Of a stretch of 64,000 nt of DNA, positions 8,344 to 18,126 are shown piece by piece. A program made the translations under genes and the position numbers. Below the pieces are notes generated by a model. That model saw only the letters and a program-made list of their open reading frames with translations. It was not told the DNA's origin and searched no databases. Origin of the DNA: Candidatus Bathyarchaeia archaeon (GTDB lineage Archaea; Thermoproteota; Bathyarchaeia; 40CM-2-53-6); NCBI GenBank assembly GCA_050013255.1, contig JBEKFP010000001.1:288001-352000 (forward strand). Reading direction: 5' to 3'. The stretch's first letter is position 1. Each line of letters starts with the position of its first letter.

Positions 8344-9507
8344 ATGCTTGCGACCGAGAAGGTTGGGTTCCTCCAAAGACACAAAATTGTTACGGAGATC
8401 ATTAAGCAACTCGACAGTACGAATATCAAGATTCTTTCCGCCTTGTGGGAAACTGGCCCACGGAACCTTCTCGAAGTTTCTCGGAAAACGGGAATACCAT
8501 TTACCTCTGTGTATCACCGTGTGGGCAAAATAGAGACAAAGTCGAAACGCCTCGCCGCTGTAATTCCGCAGGTTTCCAAACTTGGAATGGTGAGGATGGT
8601 TCTTCTCACCACTGCGAATCCGGGCTTCGAAGAGAGCGTAACTGCGGCGTTGAAAATACCAAACCTTTGGCGTTCCGTGAACCGATGCGAAGGCGCCTTC
8701 ACACACCTGTCAGTTCACGTCGTCCCCATACAATTCATGAAACATTTCAGGACATACCTGAAACGACTTTCCGAATTAGATTTGATTAAACAATCGAAAG
8801 TGTTCCTTGCAGGAGAATACATCCCTAACTTCCCGGCCTTCAAGTACTACGACCCTGCCTCTAATCAATGGACATTTGACTGGGGGCGCTGGTTGAACGC
8901 GCTTAAGCGGGACCCCACTAAGACGATCGAAGACCCGGAAAGCTATGCTATGCTTGCGGATGAGAAAGACCTAATGATTATCAAGGAACTTGAGAAGAAT
9001 GCCCGAAAGAGCTTCGCAGAGATTGCGCCGTTGTTGGGAATATCTTTGCAAGGCGTCAAGTACCATTACGACAAGAAACTGGTGCCATCTGAAATTGTGA
9101 AGTATTTTGGTTTCGATGTCTGGCCGTATCCCGAAGAAGTGTCGGCTTATCATGAGGTCTTGCTTAAGTTTACTAGCAGCGTAGAGATGAACCGGTTCTT
9201 CAGCTTAGTCGATGAGTTGTTCTTTGTACTCGGTGTCTCGAAGGTCCTACATCATAACTCGCTGATGGTACGAACCTACATGCTACAGAGCCAGGTGTGG
9301 AGCATGTTCTCTTTCTTCTCTCAAATGGCAAAGGAAGGAATGCTTGAGTCATATTCTTCTGTTAGGCAAGATTTCAGCGGCAGAGAGACACAATCAATAT
9401 CGTACGAACTCTTCGACCGCGAGAAGGGATGGACTTTCGATTTGGATAACTGCCTGTCAGAGCTGGCGAAACTAACTCAACTCACGCCAGTGGTCCAAAA
9501 GGTCTAA
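8344..9507 (+). CDS. Tandem (double) Lrp/AsnC-type wHTH transcriptional regulator
   Basis: Two AsnC-like HTHs (LDSTNIKILSAL..VYHRV; DEKDLMIIKELEKNARKSFAEIA). Both halves end in a WTFD motif. Confidence 0.82.
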   Translation: MLATEKVGFLQRHKIVTEIIKQLDSTNIKILSALWETGPRNLLEVSRKTGIPFTSVYHRVGKIETKSKRLAAVIPQVSKLGMVRMVLLTTANPGFEESVTAALKIPNLWRSVNRCEGAFTHLSVHVVPIQFMKHFRTYLKRLSELDLIKQSKVFLAGEYIPNFPAFKYYDPASNQWTFDWGRWLNALKRDPTKTIEDPESYAMLADEKDLMIIKELEKNARKSFAEIAPLLGISLQGVKYHYDKKLVPSEIVKYFGFDVWPYPEEVSAYHEVLLKFTSSVEMNRFFSLVDELFFVLGVSKVLHHNSLMVRTYMLQSQVWSMFSFFSQMAKEGMLESYSSVRQDFSGRETQSISYELFDREKGWTFDLDNCLSELAKLTQLTPVVQKV

Positions 9508-9510
9508 TGC

Positions 9511-9664
9511 TGGTCCCGCGGGCCGGATTTGAACCAGCGACGCTCCGGTTTCCGTTGTTAGCCTAGTAGGCTGACATGGGTACGCCTTGGGCGCACACCT
9601 ACAGCGTCTCCGTCGCTCCGAATAAGAGAGACTCGGAAGCTCTACCAGGCTGAGCTACCGCGGG
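9511..9664 (-). tRNA. tRNA-Tyr(GTA) with two introns (30/31, 37/38)
   Basis: CCCGCGG/CCGCGGG acceptor with A73. Removing 9606-9633 and 9550-9598 gives TCCGG-CTGTAGA-CCGGA, 77 nt. Confidence 0.9.
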
Positions 9665-9797
9665 ACCGATTCAAAGCCTTCGCTCTGTAGCCTATAAGGT
9701 TTCATGAACCATACGCCGAGCTTTCCGGCTTTCGTCTGAAAATATGCACCCGAGTTAAATTCCAGGAACAATTATTCTCGGCCTTGGGTTAGTTGCG

Positions 9798-10205
9798 ATG
9801 GCATTCAAGCGTTCATTTCGTGTTCACTGGGTTGACACAGACACCGCGGGTGTCATGCACTTCAGCAATTTCTTTCGTTACTTCGAAGCTTGCGAAGAAG
9901 AATTCTATCGTTCCCTTTCTCTGCCCCTGACTGAGATTCGCGATAGGTTAGGCGTATTGTTACCGCGCGTCGAGGTCCACTGTCAATACAAAGCTGCATG
10001 CAGACTCGATGAGCTGATCGATATTACGTTGAAGGTTCGCGAGGTCCAGGAGAAGACCATTATCTACGATTTCCAGATAATCCGTCAATCAGATGGAAAA
10101 CTGGCGGCGGAAGGTTTCGTGAAATGCATTGCTGTAAATTCAGAATGGAAAGCTGTACCCTTACCCGCTGAAGTCGCAAGAACGGTTCGTAACAGCATAG
10201 TGTAG
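9798..10205 (+). CDS. Acyl-CoA thioesterase (4HBT/YbgC hotdog family)
   Basis: VHWVDTDTAGVMHFSNFFRYFE motif. Confidence 0.92.
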   Translation: MAFKRSFRVHWVDTDTAGVMHFSNFFRYFEACEEEFYRSLSLPLTEIRDRLGVLLPRVEVHCQYKAACRLDELIDITLKVREVQEKTIIYDFQIIRQSDGKLAAEGFVKCIAVNSEWKAVPLPAEVARTVRNSIV

Positions 10206-10248
10206 AGGTTGGACTGTGGTTGAAACTATACAATGTAAAAGTTAGAAG

Positions 10249-10911
10249 CTATCGCTGCGACCGTCCACACTTCTCGCAGAACGTTAGGTCCCTGGTATTC
10301 TTCGCGCTGCAGAATTTGCATTTCCAGCGATCAGTTTGACCTGAAATTGCGTCATGCTTTTGTCCACTCTTGATTCCGAGTAGGCATAGGATGATTCCTA
10401 CTAGCAAGATCTCGTAGCCGGCGAACTCGATAATTGGATTCAGGAGGGTTGCGTTCTCGACGGTGTTTAAGCTGAAGATTACGACTCGGCGAGCTGTGTC
10501 CTGGTTGTCGAAGACGAAGTAATAGGTGCTGCTAGTTGTGGGTGTGAAGGTGAAGTTGGAGGAGATGACCGTTGGCCGCGCTAGGATGATTGCGCTGGGC
10601 TCTCCTGCTCGCCATTGTGAGAAGTTTCCCTGGTCCATCACGTAGAATGCTACTTCATGCCCATCCGCAACTTCCAACGCCCCTTCCACTTGGGTGCCCC
10701 CTCTTAGGTCGGCCGAGAGGGCGGTGTAGTTTGTGGCTGGCACTGCTATGAGTGTGGTGGGTAGGACTGGGATCTCAGTCTGATAGTGCGATGCTAAACC
10801 CAAGGTCTGTGCAATTGGGCTGAGAAACAGTGGGCCCTGCTCAAGCGTAAACACTCCCGCTAGGAACAGGAGCAGGCCGATTGTCAAAATTTTCCTTCGC
10901 ATCGTGGTCAC
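10249..10911 (-). CDS. Membrane protein with a GOLD-like beta domain and a C-terminal RanBP2-like zinc ribbon
   Basis: N- and C-terminal TMs; YYFVFDN; WKCKFC..N...FCEKCG. Confidence 0.75.
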   Translation of the reverse strand: MTTMRRKILTIGLLLFLAGVFTLEQGPLFLSPIAQTLGLASHYQTEIPVLPTTLIAVPATNYTALSADLRGGTQVEGALEVADGHEVAFYVMDQGNFSQWRAGEPSAIILARPTVISSNFTFTPTTSSTYYFVFDNQDTARRVVIFSLNTVENATLLNPIIEFAGYEILLVGIILCLLGIKSGQKHDAISGQTDRWKCKFCSAKNTRDLTFCEKCGRSQR

Positions 10912-10955
10912 CGTTATTCAGTTTAGTTTAATTGCTCGATAGCTTCTAGAAAAGG

Positions 10956-11070
10956 TGGCGGGCCCGCGGGGATTCGAACCCCGGATCCCAGGCTTTCACC
11001 GCATCCGCTCCGAAGGCTTACACGAATCTGACGCATCTCTGTGTCTTAATCCTGGCTCGACTACGGGCCC
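10956..11070 (-). tRNA. tRNA-Arg(TCG) with two introns (29/30, 37/38)
   Basis: Removing 11018-11038 and 10995-11009 gives CAGGC-CTTCGGA-GCCTG; CCA encoded. Confidence 0.88.
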
Positions 11071-11276
11071 GTGTTGTCGGCAGCCATAGGCGAAGATTGG
11101 TGTATATGGTTAGCGAAGCACCCGTGGCCCGACCTCCGGAAGCTTAGGTGACGGTCATCCACGCCCCATTGACGTCACACCGAGGATGATACTCCTCTGA
11201 TATTCCTGGAGGGGGAAAGGGAATAGTGTTAGGTACCATACGTCTACTCTTTGCGTCGAACATGTGGTGAAAACAA

Positions 11277-11711
11277 CTGCCGATCTTATCCGGTGAGGAA
11301 ATTGAAAGGCGCGTGCGAAACGGCTCACTGGCCCTCACGCCTTTCGAACGGGGGTGCCTGAATGGAGGCGGTTACGACCTGCGCCTGGCAATGGAGGTGG
11401 TCATTCCACCCGGAGAACATCGCTTGGTAGCAACTCTTGAGAGAGTTGAGTTGGAAGATGATATAGCTGGGACATTGCATCTTCGCTCCTCACTTGCACG
11501 CAAGGGAATAATCGCCAGCCTAGCATTGGTAGACCCGGGCTTTCGCGGGCAACTAACGATTTCTCTCTTCAACGCCGGAGCCGAACCATTCAAAATGAGT
11601 AGGAATGACAGGTTCGTGCAGATGGTGCTACATGAGCTTAGCAGCAAGACGCATTACGTGTACGGTGGGAAGTACCAAGATAGCCAAGGAATTGTAGATA
11701 GCCACGTCTAG
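11277..11711 (+). CDS. dcd: dCTP deaminase / dUTPase family protein
   Basis: GYDLRL, LRSSLARKG, VDPGFRGQLT and YGGKYQ motifs. The conserved ILS N-terminus lies upstream of GTG 11313, so the start is likely CTG 11277. Confidence 0.88.
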   Translation: MPILSGEEIERRVRNGSLALTPFERGCLNGGGYDLRLAMEVVIPPGEHRLVATLERVELEDDIAGTLHLRSSLARKGIIASLALVDPGFRGQLTISLFNAGAEPFKMSRNDRFVQMVLHELSSKTHYVYGGKYQDSQGIVDSHV

Positions 11712-11813
11712 GCACGCTACTCTTTGTGTCAATACATGTCGAAAGTATTATTACTAGTGGGCATGGGCATGTGAATATCCTTACTTGTCAACTCGACTAC
11801 AGAAGGCGGCATC

Positions 11814-12563
11814 TTGAAAACAGGTTCACGTATATCCGACCTAAAGTACAAGCTCATGACCATTGAGCTCCTCAACCTAGCGAAAAACTACTACACATAC
11901 AGAGAACTCGCACAAATCATCGGACTCCCTGAGACCGTTCTAAGCAGATACGTAAAGGGTCACGTGCTACCGACGATAGATCGAGCGCAGAACATCAACA
12001 GAACCCTCCAGAAAATAATGCGTCTCGAAGGGGAGATTCAGCAAAGAATCCGTTTCGACGAATCAGGGTACTTCGACAACACTAAACTCATCTCAGACAC
12101 ACTACTCCTCGAACGCGCAGTTCAACATGCCGTAAACGCATTTGCTGGTATGCGCATTACAAAGATCCTTGCGGCAGCCGTTGACGGTGTACCTTTGGCG
12201 GCGCTTCTAGCACACAGGCTTGGTGTTGGCCTCATAATTGCAAAGAAGACAAGGGAAGTAGGAGTACGAGAGTTCATCGAGGAAATCTACATCCCCAACA
12301 GGACTGCAATAATGGTCAGTCTATACGTCCCACGAGACGCGCTAAGAAAAGGGGATTGCGTACTCATAGTGGACGATGTTATCGATAGCGGCGAAACACA
12401 GATTGCATTAACCCGAATCGTTCAGAAAGCCAAAGCAGAAGTCACAGGCATGTACGCTCTCATCAGTACGGGTTCAGAGTGGAAGAGCAGGATCGAAGCA
12501 GTCACTCATTGCCCAGTAGAAATCGTTTTGCAAGTAGGCAAGAAACCACTACAAGAAGTCTGA
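11814..12563 (+). CDS. HTH-phosphoribosyltransferase fusion (archaeal PurR/Apt-like regulator)
   Basis: YRELAQIIGLPETVLSRYVKGHVLP HTH plus VLIVDDVIDSGET PRPP-binding motif. Confidence 0.88.
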   Translation: MKTGSRISDLKYKLMTIELLNLAKNYYTYRELAQIIGLPETVLSRYVKGHVLPTIDRAQNINRTLQKIMRLEGEIQQRIRFDESGYFDNTKLISDTLLLERAVQHAVNAFAGMRITKILAAAVDGVPLAALLAHRLGVGLIIAKKTREVGVREFIEEIYIPNRTAIMVSLYVPRDALRKGDCVLIVDDVIDSGETQIALTRIVQKAKAEVTGMYALISTGSEWKSRIEAVTHCPVEIVLQVGKKPLQEV

Positions 12564-12663
12564 ATCAAGTTCGGACTTCGTTCGGCAACCAGCCCAGTTA
12601 CGGCTCGCTCTGCACGTCCGCAAGGCGGGGCATATTACAATATCCAGCTGACGTGTCAACCCG

Positions 12664-13707
12664 CTAGCTTTCATGTACGGACAACTTAGCTTCTAGCGTA
12701 TCCTGGGTTAGCAGGCCCTTTTCTGTGATGAAACCTGTTACAAGCTCAACCGGTGTGAGGTCAAATGCGGGGTTGAAGACCGGAACACCTTTCGGTACAA
12801 TTCGTTTTCCTCCCATGTGAGTGACTTCTTGCGGGCTCCTTTCCTCGATTCTTACTTCAGACTGCTCGGTCCTAAGGTCGAAGGTTGATGCGGGTGCAGC
12901 AACGTAGAATGGAATCTGGTTTGCTTTCGCTGCCAGCGAAATAAGATAAGTACCAACCTTATTGGCGACGAACCGCTTTGTGATTCTGTCCGCACCTACG
13001 AAGACGCTTTGTACCATGCCCTTACTCATCACGTATCCAGCAGCCCCGTCAACAATTAATGTCACTGGGATTCCGTCCCGGAGAAGTTCGTAGGTGGTTA
13101 ATTTGGCTCCTTGGAGCCTAGGCCGCGTCTCAGTAGCGATCACGCGAACCCTTTTGCCCTGCCCGATCGCTGTGCGAACCGGAGCGATGGCTGTGCCGTA
13201 ACTGACAGTCGCGAGCGTTCCAGCGTTGCAGTGGGTTAGGACCTGATCGCCGTCGTTAATCAGTCTGGCGCCATATTCGCCAATTTTTCGGTTTGCCTGA
13301 ATATCCTCCTCAGCCATTTTCTGAGCCTCGGCGACGATATGGGATGCTATTTCATTCGGTCCCCCCGCTGTTTGTCGAGCTTTTCGAAGGATCCTGTCAA
13401 TAGCCCAGAACAGGTTCCATGCTGTTGGGCGACTCTTTCGAAGTGCTTCCGCCGCTGTTTCAAGGTCCTGCATGAAATGCTCTTTATTTTTCGTTCTGCT
13501 CGCGTTGGCGGCGAGGGCTAGCCCCATGGCCGCGGCGACGCCTATTGCTGGTGCGCCACGAACGGTCATTTCTTTTATGGCCTTGGCAACCTGCGGGTAA
13601 TCTCTGAGGGATACGTAGGCAAACTTGTACGGTAATCTTGTTTGGTCTATCATTCTCACTCGGCCGCCAACCCACTCGACAGTTCTCAGTTCGGACATCG
13701 GCCGCAA
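12664..13707 (-). CDS. mtnA: Methylthioribose-1-phosphate isomerase (eIF2B-alpha-like)
   Basis: IDQTRLP, VRGAPAIG, RPTA, THCNAG, ETRPRLQG, ANKVGT and NPAFD motifs. Confidence 0.9.
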   Translation of the reverse strand: MRPMSELRTVEWVGGRVRMIDQTRLPYKFAYVSLRDYPQVAKAIKEMTVRGAPAIGVAAAMGLALAANASRTKNKEHFMQDLETAAEALRKSRPTAWNLFWAIDRILRKARQTAGGPNEIASHIVAEAQKMAEEDIQANRKIGEYGARLINDGDQVLTHCNAGTLATVSYGTAIAPVRTAIGQGKRVRVIATETRPRLQGAKLTTYELLRDGIPVTLIVDGAAGYVMSKGMVQSVFVGADRITKRFVANKVGTYLISLAAKANQIPFYVAAPASTFDLRTEQSEVRIEERSPQEVTHMGGKRIVPKGVPVFNPAFDLTPVELVTGFITEKGLLTQDTLEAKLSVHES

Positions 13708-13906
13708 GTAAATCGCCTGTTGACGAGAATGGTCGCGCGCGTTGGATTAGCTTTCCCATGCGAATCAATACCATGACTCTCTGCAAGATTCAATGTCGAA
13801 GAAGTTCCGTTTGAGGATACTTAGGAGTGAATTATCGCTCTCCAGTGCACTTGGTCACAAAAGCATTAAGGGATGAACGTATCAGCGGTGAGTCGAGTGC
13901 CCTATC

Positions 13907-14470
13907 ATGGAGAACAACCCCAGCGCAGCACCTCAAACTCCCGCGCAAGTCCAAGAAAAACCACCGTTTACCCCTTGGATCGCGGTGTCCGGCCCGGGTT
14001 TGGTATACCTACCCTACAAATCTGAACTCATGGAGCTTAGGGACCGAGGATTCGGCGACCTCCGGAACGACAGGCTTGTCCTTTCTCCGTACGAATCATT
14101 CTACCTTCTAGAGAAACAGAAGATTCGAGTGTTTGCCAAGGATGCAAGCCGGGAGTTGGAGCTTCGAGACTTAGTCCAGAAGTATTCAGTTGGCAAACCC
14201 GAGATCTGGATCAAGTACTTGGTCTACCGTGACCTACGGGACCGTGGGTACATAGTCCGCGAGTCCACTAAAGCCTTCGACTTTGACATTTACGGAAAAG
14301 GGCCGCTGAGGCGTTTAATCTCAATCGTTTACGAAGGTGGCGAAGCGAGCCTTCAGAAATTAAGTAAACTGCTTCAATATTCTGACAAGGAGAAGAAGGA
14401 ATTGATACTAGCCGTTGTTGACAGGCGGACCGACATAGTGTACTATACGTTGAGTTCGTTGAATGTCTAG
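13907..14470 (+). CDS. endA: tRNA splicing endonuclease subunit, probably the structural (beta) subunit
   Basis: LSPYESFYL, YLVYRDLRDRGYIV and LILAVVD..DIVYY motifs; no His at the catalytic-His position. Confidence 0.82.
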   Translation: MENNPSAAPQTPAQVQEKPPFTPWIAVSGPGLVYLPYKSELMELRDRGFGDLRNDRLVLSPYESFYLLEKQKIRVFAKDASRELELRDLVQKYSVGKPEIWIKYLVYRDLRDRGYIVRESTKAFDFDIYGKGPLRRLISIVYEGGEASLQKLSKLLQYSDKEKKELILAVVDRRTDIVYYTLSSLNV

Positions 14471-14486
14471 CAACGGTTACTATAGC

Positions 14487-15005
14487 CTATTGGGGCTGCC
14501 GCGCGTTGCAGTGAGGACAAATAAGTTCCCCACCCTGTAGCTGAGCACCGCACTGGACGCAATACTTGACCTGAGCTACACCTGTTCCGGGCTGGGGAAT
14601 TGATTGTGGTATGGCAGTCCCGGCGCCACGATGACGAATCGCACCTCCGATGGCTCCGCCGAAGGCACCTGCAACCAGACTTGTCAGCAATATGAAAATG
14701 ACTGCCTCCTGCAACTGCGATAACGGGGGGGTCGGCGTGTTTGGGATAGGTATTACTTCGAAGATCAGGAAGATTTGGGAGACTCCAAGGAAGAATGGTA
14801 CATTGAGAATTCCTGCAAGGGCACCAACCGCAGCTGCCTGACCAACCTTACCGTAAAGAACGTATGCAGCGACAACTCCTCCAACCACTGCTCCTATCAC
14901 TGTCGAGAATTGCAAATCACCGATGCTTAAAACAGCTGATAATAGGCCGCCTACAATCAGACCGCTCAACGTTGCAGCCCAAAGGTCTTTGCTTTTAGTG
15001 AACAT
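14487..15005 (-). CDS. Multi-TM membrane protein with a C-terminal zinc ribbon
   Basis: Gly-rich TMs; YCVQCG..ICPHC; probable start ATG 15005. Confidence 0.75.
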   Translation of the reverse strand: MFTKSKDLWAATLSGLIVGGLLSAVLSIGDLQFSTVIGAVVGGVVAAYVLYGKVGQAAAVGALAGILNVPFFLGVSQIFLIFEVIPIPNTPTPPLSQLQEAVIFILLTSLVAGAFGGAIGGAIRHRGAGTAIPQSIPQPGTGVAQVKYCVQCGAQLQGGELICPHCNARQPQ

Positions 15006-15124
15006 AGCAGCTCCAATTGCCAGAATTCCCGCCTCGCTATAAAGCATTGTACCTTCGATGTCCCGAATTCGACTCAACATTATAGGAGAGGCTCTCTTTA
15101 CTGCGAAGATTAGCGTGTGGAAAC

Positions 15125-16438
15125 TTGGTCGCAAAAGCGTTCACGCTCCCGCGAGGGATTAGAGATACAGATTCAGTTGAGATGAATCGAAGGCTTTGGC
15201 TCTATGGTAAGATACGCGATGTGGTCCGCAGATACGGGTTCCAAATGGTTGAACCTGCAACGATTGAGAACCTCAATACGCTTGAAGCCAAGAGTGGGCC
15301 AGCCATACGGAAGGAAATCTACTGGTTCAAGGACAAGGGCGGGAGAAGCCTTGGCCTTCGCTTCGACCTCACCGTCGGCATAGCAAGGATGATCGCGAAC
15401 CGATCCGACCTACCCGAGCCTATAAAATTCGCCACAATTGGCGGGAACTGGCGCTATGACGAGCCACAATACGGGAGATATCGCTACTTTACCCAATGGG
15501 ACGTAGAAATCTTCGGCTCAGAAAGCCCTTTGGCAGACGCAGAGGTGATCTGTGTCGGGGCAGACATCCTAAGCAGCGTCGGGTTGAAAGACTGCATTAT
15601 CAGAATAAGCAACAGGAAACTCACAGAAGCTTACCTCAAGCAATTGGGCATCAGGTCGGGCAAGAGACTTGATCAGTGCCTTAGAATCATCGATAAGCTG
15701 AGAAAGGCCAACCGCGAGCAACTGGAAAAGGAATTCCAAGCTGCCAAGATCGGGAAAGAAGCAGTAAAGGGAATTTTCTCGTTCATCTCCCTGAACGGAC
15801 GCCCAGCGAGTGTCCTTGGGAAGCTAGACAGTTTCACCTTCAGTGAAGAGAATGCTAAGAAAGGCTTGGAGGAGTTGAAGATTCTAGCAGACGCCCTAGC
15901 ATCACTAGGGCGTTTAGGGATCTGCGTATATGACCTAAGCATAGTGCGCGGAATTGGATACTACGACGGAATTGTCTTCGAAGCTTTCGATAAGGGTGGG
16001 GAAGATGTTGGCTCAATCTTCGGTGGCGGAAGATACGACCGGTTATGCAGAATATACGGAAAGCGGGACATACCGGCAACTGGCGTGGCAGGTGGAATTG
16101 AGCGCCTAATGATTTCCCTGGAACGAGACAACCTGTTCCCGAAGAGCCCTATGGGTGCCAAAGTTTTCATCGCAACGGTTCAAGAAGGCCTCAAGCAAGA
16201 AGCAACGAAGCTGGCACAGAAGCTTCGAGATAACGGAATCGCAACTGAGGTTGACTTGAAAACACGCCCGTTGGGGAAGCAGTTAGAATACGCGAACGCA
16301 GCTAAAATCCCGTTCTTGATAGTGCTTGGCCCACAAGAACTTCAAACCCAAACCGTCAAAGTTAAGGAAATGGCCACTCGAAACGAGATGCCCGTACCTC
16401 TCGACGCTCTTGTGGAAAAGCTCCAGTCTTTGAATTAG
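15125..16438 (+). CDS. hisS: Histidyl-tRNA synthetase
   Basis: LPRGIRD, LRFDLT, RYDEPQYGRYR, RGIGYYDG and GGGRYD motifs. Confidence 0.97.
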   Translation: MVAKAFTLPRGIRDTDSVEMNRRLWLYGKIRDVVRRYGFQMVEPATIENLNTLEAKSGPAIRKEIYWFKDKGGRSLGLRFDLTVGIARMIANRSDLPEPIKFATIGGNWRYDEPQYGRYRYFTQWDVEIFGSESPLADAEVICVGADILSSVGLKDCIIRISNRKLTEAYLKQLGIRSGKRLDQCLRIIDKLRKANREQLEKEFQAAKIGKEAVKGIFSFISLNGRPASVLGKLDSFTFSEENAKKGLEELKILADALASLGRLGICVYDLSIVRGIGYYDGIVFEAFDKGGEDVGSIFGGGRYDRLCRIYGKRDIPATGVAGGIERLMISLERDNLFPKSPMGAKVFIATVQEGLKQEATKLAQKLRDNGIATEVDLKTRPLGKQLEYANAAKIPFLIVLGPQELQTQTVKVKEMATRNEMPVPLDALVEKLQSLN

Positions 16439-16863
16439 TCGCCGCCGATGAAGATTTCTTTCTCATGGGACTGCAAGATTGCAGTTAGAGTTGCGCGCTC
16501 ACCGACTAAATCTCGCATCGAAACAACTCCAACCGGTTTCCCCTGCTCATCGACCACTACGACGTGCCTTATCTTATTCTTGTTCATCGCTTTGGCGGCC
16601 TCAGCCACGTCCGAGCTGGCTTTTGCGGTGATAACATGTTTCGTACTCACTTCGTCCACTGCTGCGTTCAGCTTTTTGCCCGATGCTATGGCTTTCATAA
16701 TGTCCCTTTCTGAGATTACGCCGGCGAGGTTTGTTCTTTCTTTTGGGTCGCATATGACTAGGAGGCCCATGTTGTTGTCAACCATGAGTTTTGCTGCATC
16801 GAGCATTGTCGTGCCCGAGGGAATCATGACTAAGGGCCGTTGCAGAATATCTCCAATGTTCAT
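16435..16863 (-). CDS. CBS domain pair protein
   Basis: GVISERD and IRHVVVVD..GVVSMRD motifs. Confidence 0.9.
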   Translation of the reverse strand: MNIGDILQRPLVMIPSGTTMLDAAKLMVDNNMGLLVICDPKERTNLAGVISERDIMKAIASGKKLNAAVDEVSTKHVITAKASSDVAEAAKAMNKNKIRHVVVVDEQGKPVGVVSMRDLVGERATLTAILQSHEKEIFIGGD

Positions 16864-16868
16864 GCTTG

Positions 16869-18035
16869 CTAATCCTCCTCCCTACCAAGCCTGGAATCCA
16901 TCGGAGTATAAGGTAAACCTGTTTTCCCTACGTAGAGAGCTTTAGGTCGAATCAGCCTGTTAGCTTTCAAGTATTCAATTGAGTGCGCCGTCCAACCTGC
17001 AATTCTGCTCATCGCGAAGATTGGCGTGAACAGGTCGGTCGGGATTCCCAAGATGTGGAAAACGATACCCGAGTATGAGTCAACGTTCGGAAAAATGGGT
17101 AAACCTGCAAGGTGTTTAAGGGCGCTGGCCTCAATGGCGACGGCAGTCTCGAATAACTTTGTCTGATTCCGCTTTGCTGCAAGTTCCCCACCGAGTTTCT
17201 TGAGAATAACGTACCTGGGATCCCAAGTCTTGTACACTCGGTGGCCGAAGCCCATGATCTTTTTCTTTTGAGCCAGGGCTTCAACAACGTAGCCTTCAGC
17301 TCTGGACGGGTCACCGACCTCCATAACCGTTTGGAGAGCAACCTCATTTGCGCCGCCGTGAAGAGGGCCCCTCAATGTTGCGATACCGGAGGTCATTATG
17401 GAGTACATATCAGCTAAAGTTGAAGCCGTTACCGTGCATGAGAAGGTTGATGCGTTCATTTCGTGTTCCGCGTGGAGGATCAGAGCGACGTCCATGACAT
17501 GGGCATCATATGGATCAGGCTCTTTCCCGGTCAGCATGTATAGGAAATCCGCAGCATGGCTCAAGCCCTGCTTGGGCAAAACAGGTTCCTTTCGGTTTCT
17601 GATTCGGTCAAATGCTGTAATGATCGCCGGCGTTTTCGCTAAGATTCTGAGCGCCTTGTCGATTCGTCCCTCGATGCTATCGGTCGTTGGTTGGGGGTCG
17701 TACAAGCCGAGGGCTGAAACTGTTGTTCGCAAAACGTCCATCGGATCGCTCTTGATGGGAAGTGACCGGATTAATCGTAATACTTCAGGTTCAAGGGACC
17801 GATCAGACTCGATTCGCCCGTTGAATTCTGCCAACTGGGATTTTGTTGGAAGCCAGCCGTAAATTAGAAGATAGGCAGTTTCCTCGAAGGTGGCACGCTC
17901 AGCCAAGTCTTCGATGCTGTAGCCTCTGTAGAAGAGTTTGCTGGCTTCACCATCAATGAAGCAGATCTTACTCTCCTTCACGTACACGTTGTCGAGCCCT
18001 TTGTGGATGACAACGGGTTCTCTTACGGGAGACAA
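16869..18035 (-). CDS. gltA: Citrate synthase / 2-methylcitrate synthase
   Basis: HAEHEMNAST, GPLHGGAN, MGFGHRVYK..DPR and PNVD motifs. Confidence 0.93.
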   Translation of the reverse strand: MSPVREPVVIHKGLDNVYVKESKICFIDGEASKLFYRGYSIEDLAERATFEETAYLLIYGWLPTKSQLAEFNGRIESDRSLEPEVLRLIRSLPIKSDPMDVLRTTVSALGLYDPQPTTDSIEGRIDKALRILAKTPAIITAFDRIRNRKEPVLPKQGLSHAADFLYMLTGKEPDPYDAHVMDVALILHAEHEMNASTFSCTVTASTLADMYSIMTSGIATLRGPLHGGANEVALQTVMEVGDPSRAEGYVVEALAQKKKIMGFGHRVYKTWDPRYVILKKLGGELAAKRNQTKLFETAVAIEASALKHLAGLPIFPNVDSYSGIVFHILGIPTDLFTPIFAMSRIAGWTAHSIEYLKANRLIRPKALYVGKTGLPYTPMDSRLGREED

Positions 18036-18126
18036 GCTGACCTGAATGGGCTCCCACGTGGTTGTTTATACAAATTGTCCAGTACAGACAAGGGAGCCTT
18101 GCGGGGCCTCTGGAGTGGGTCAATGG

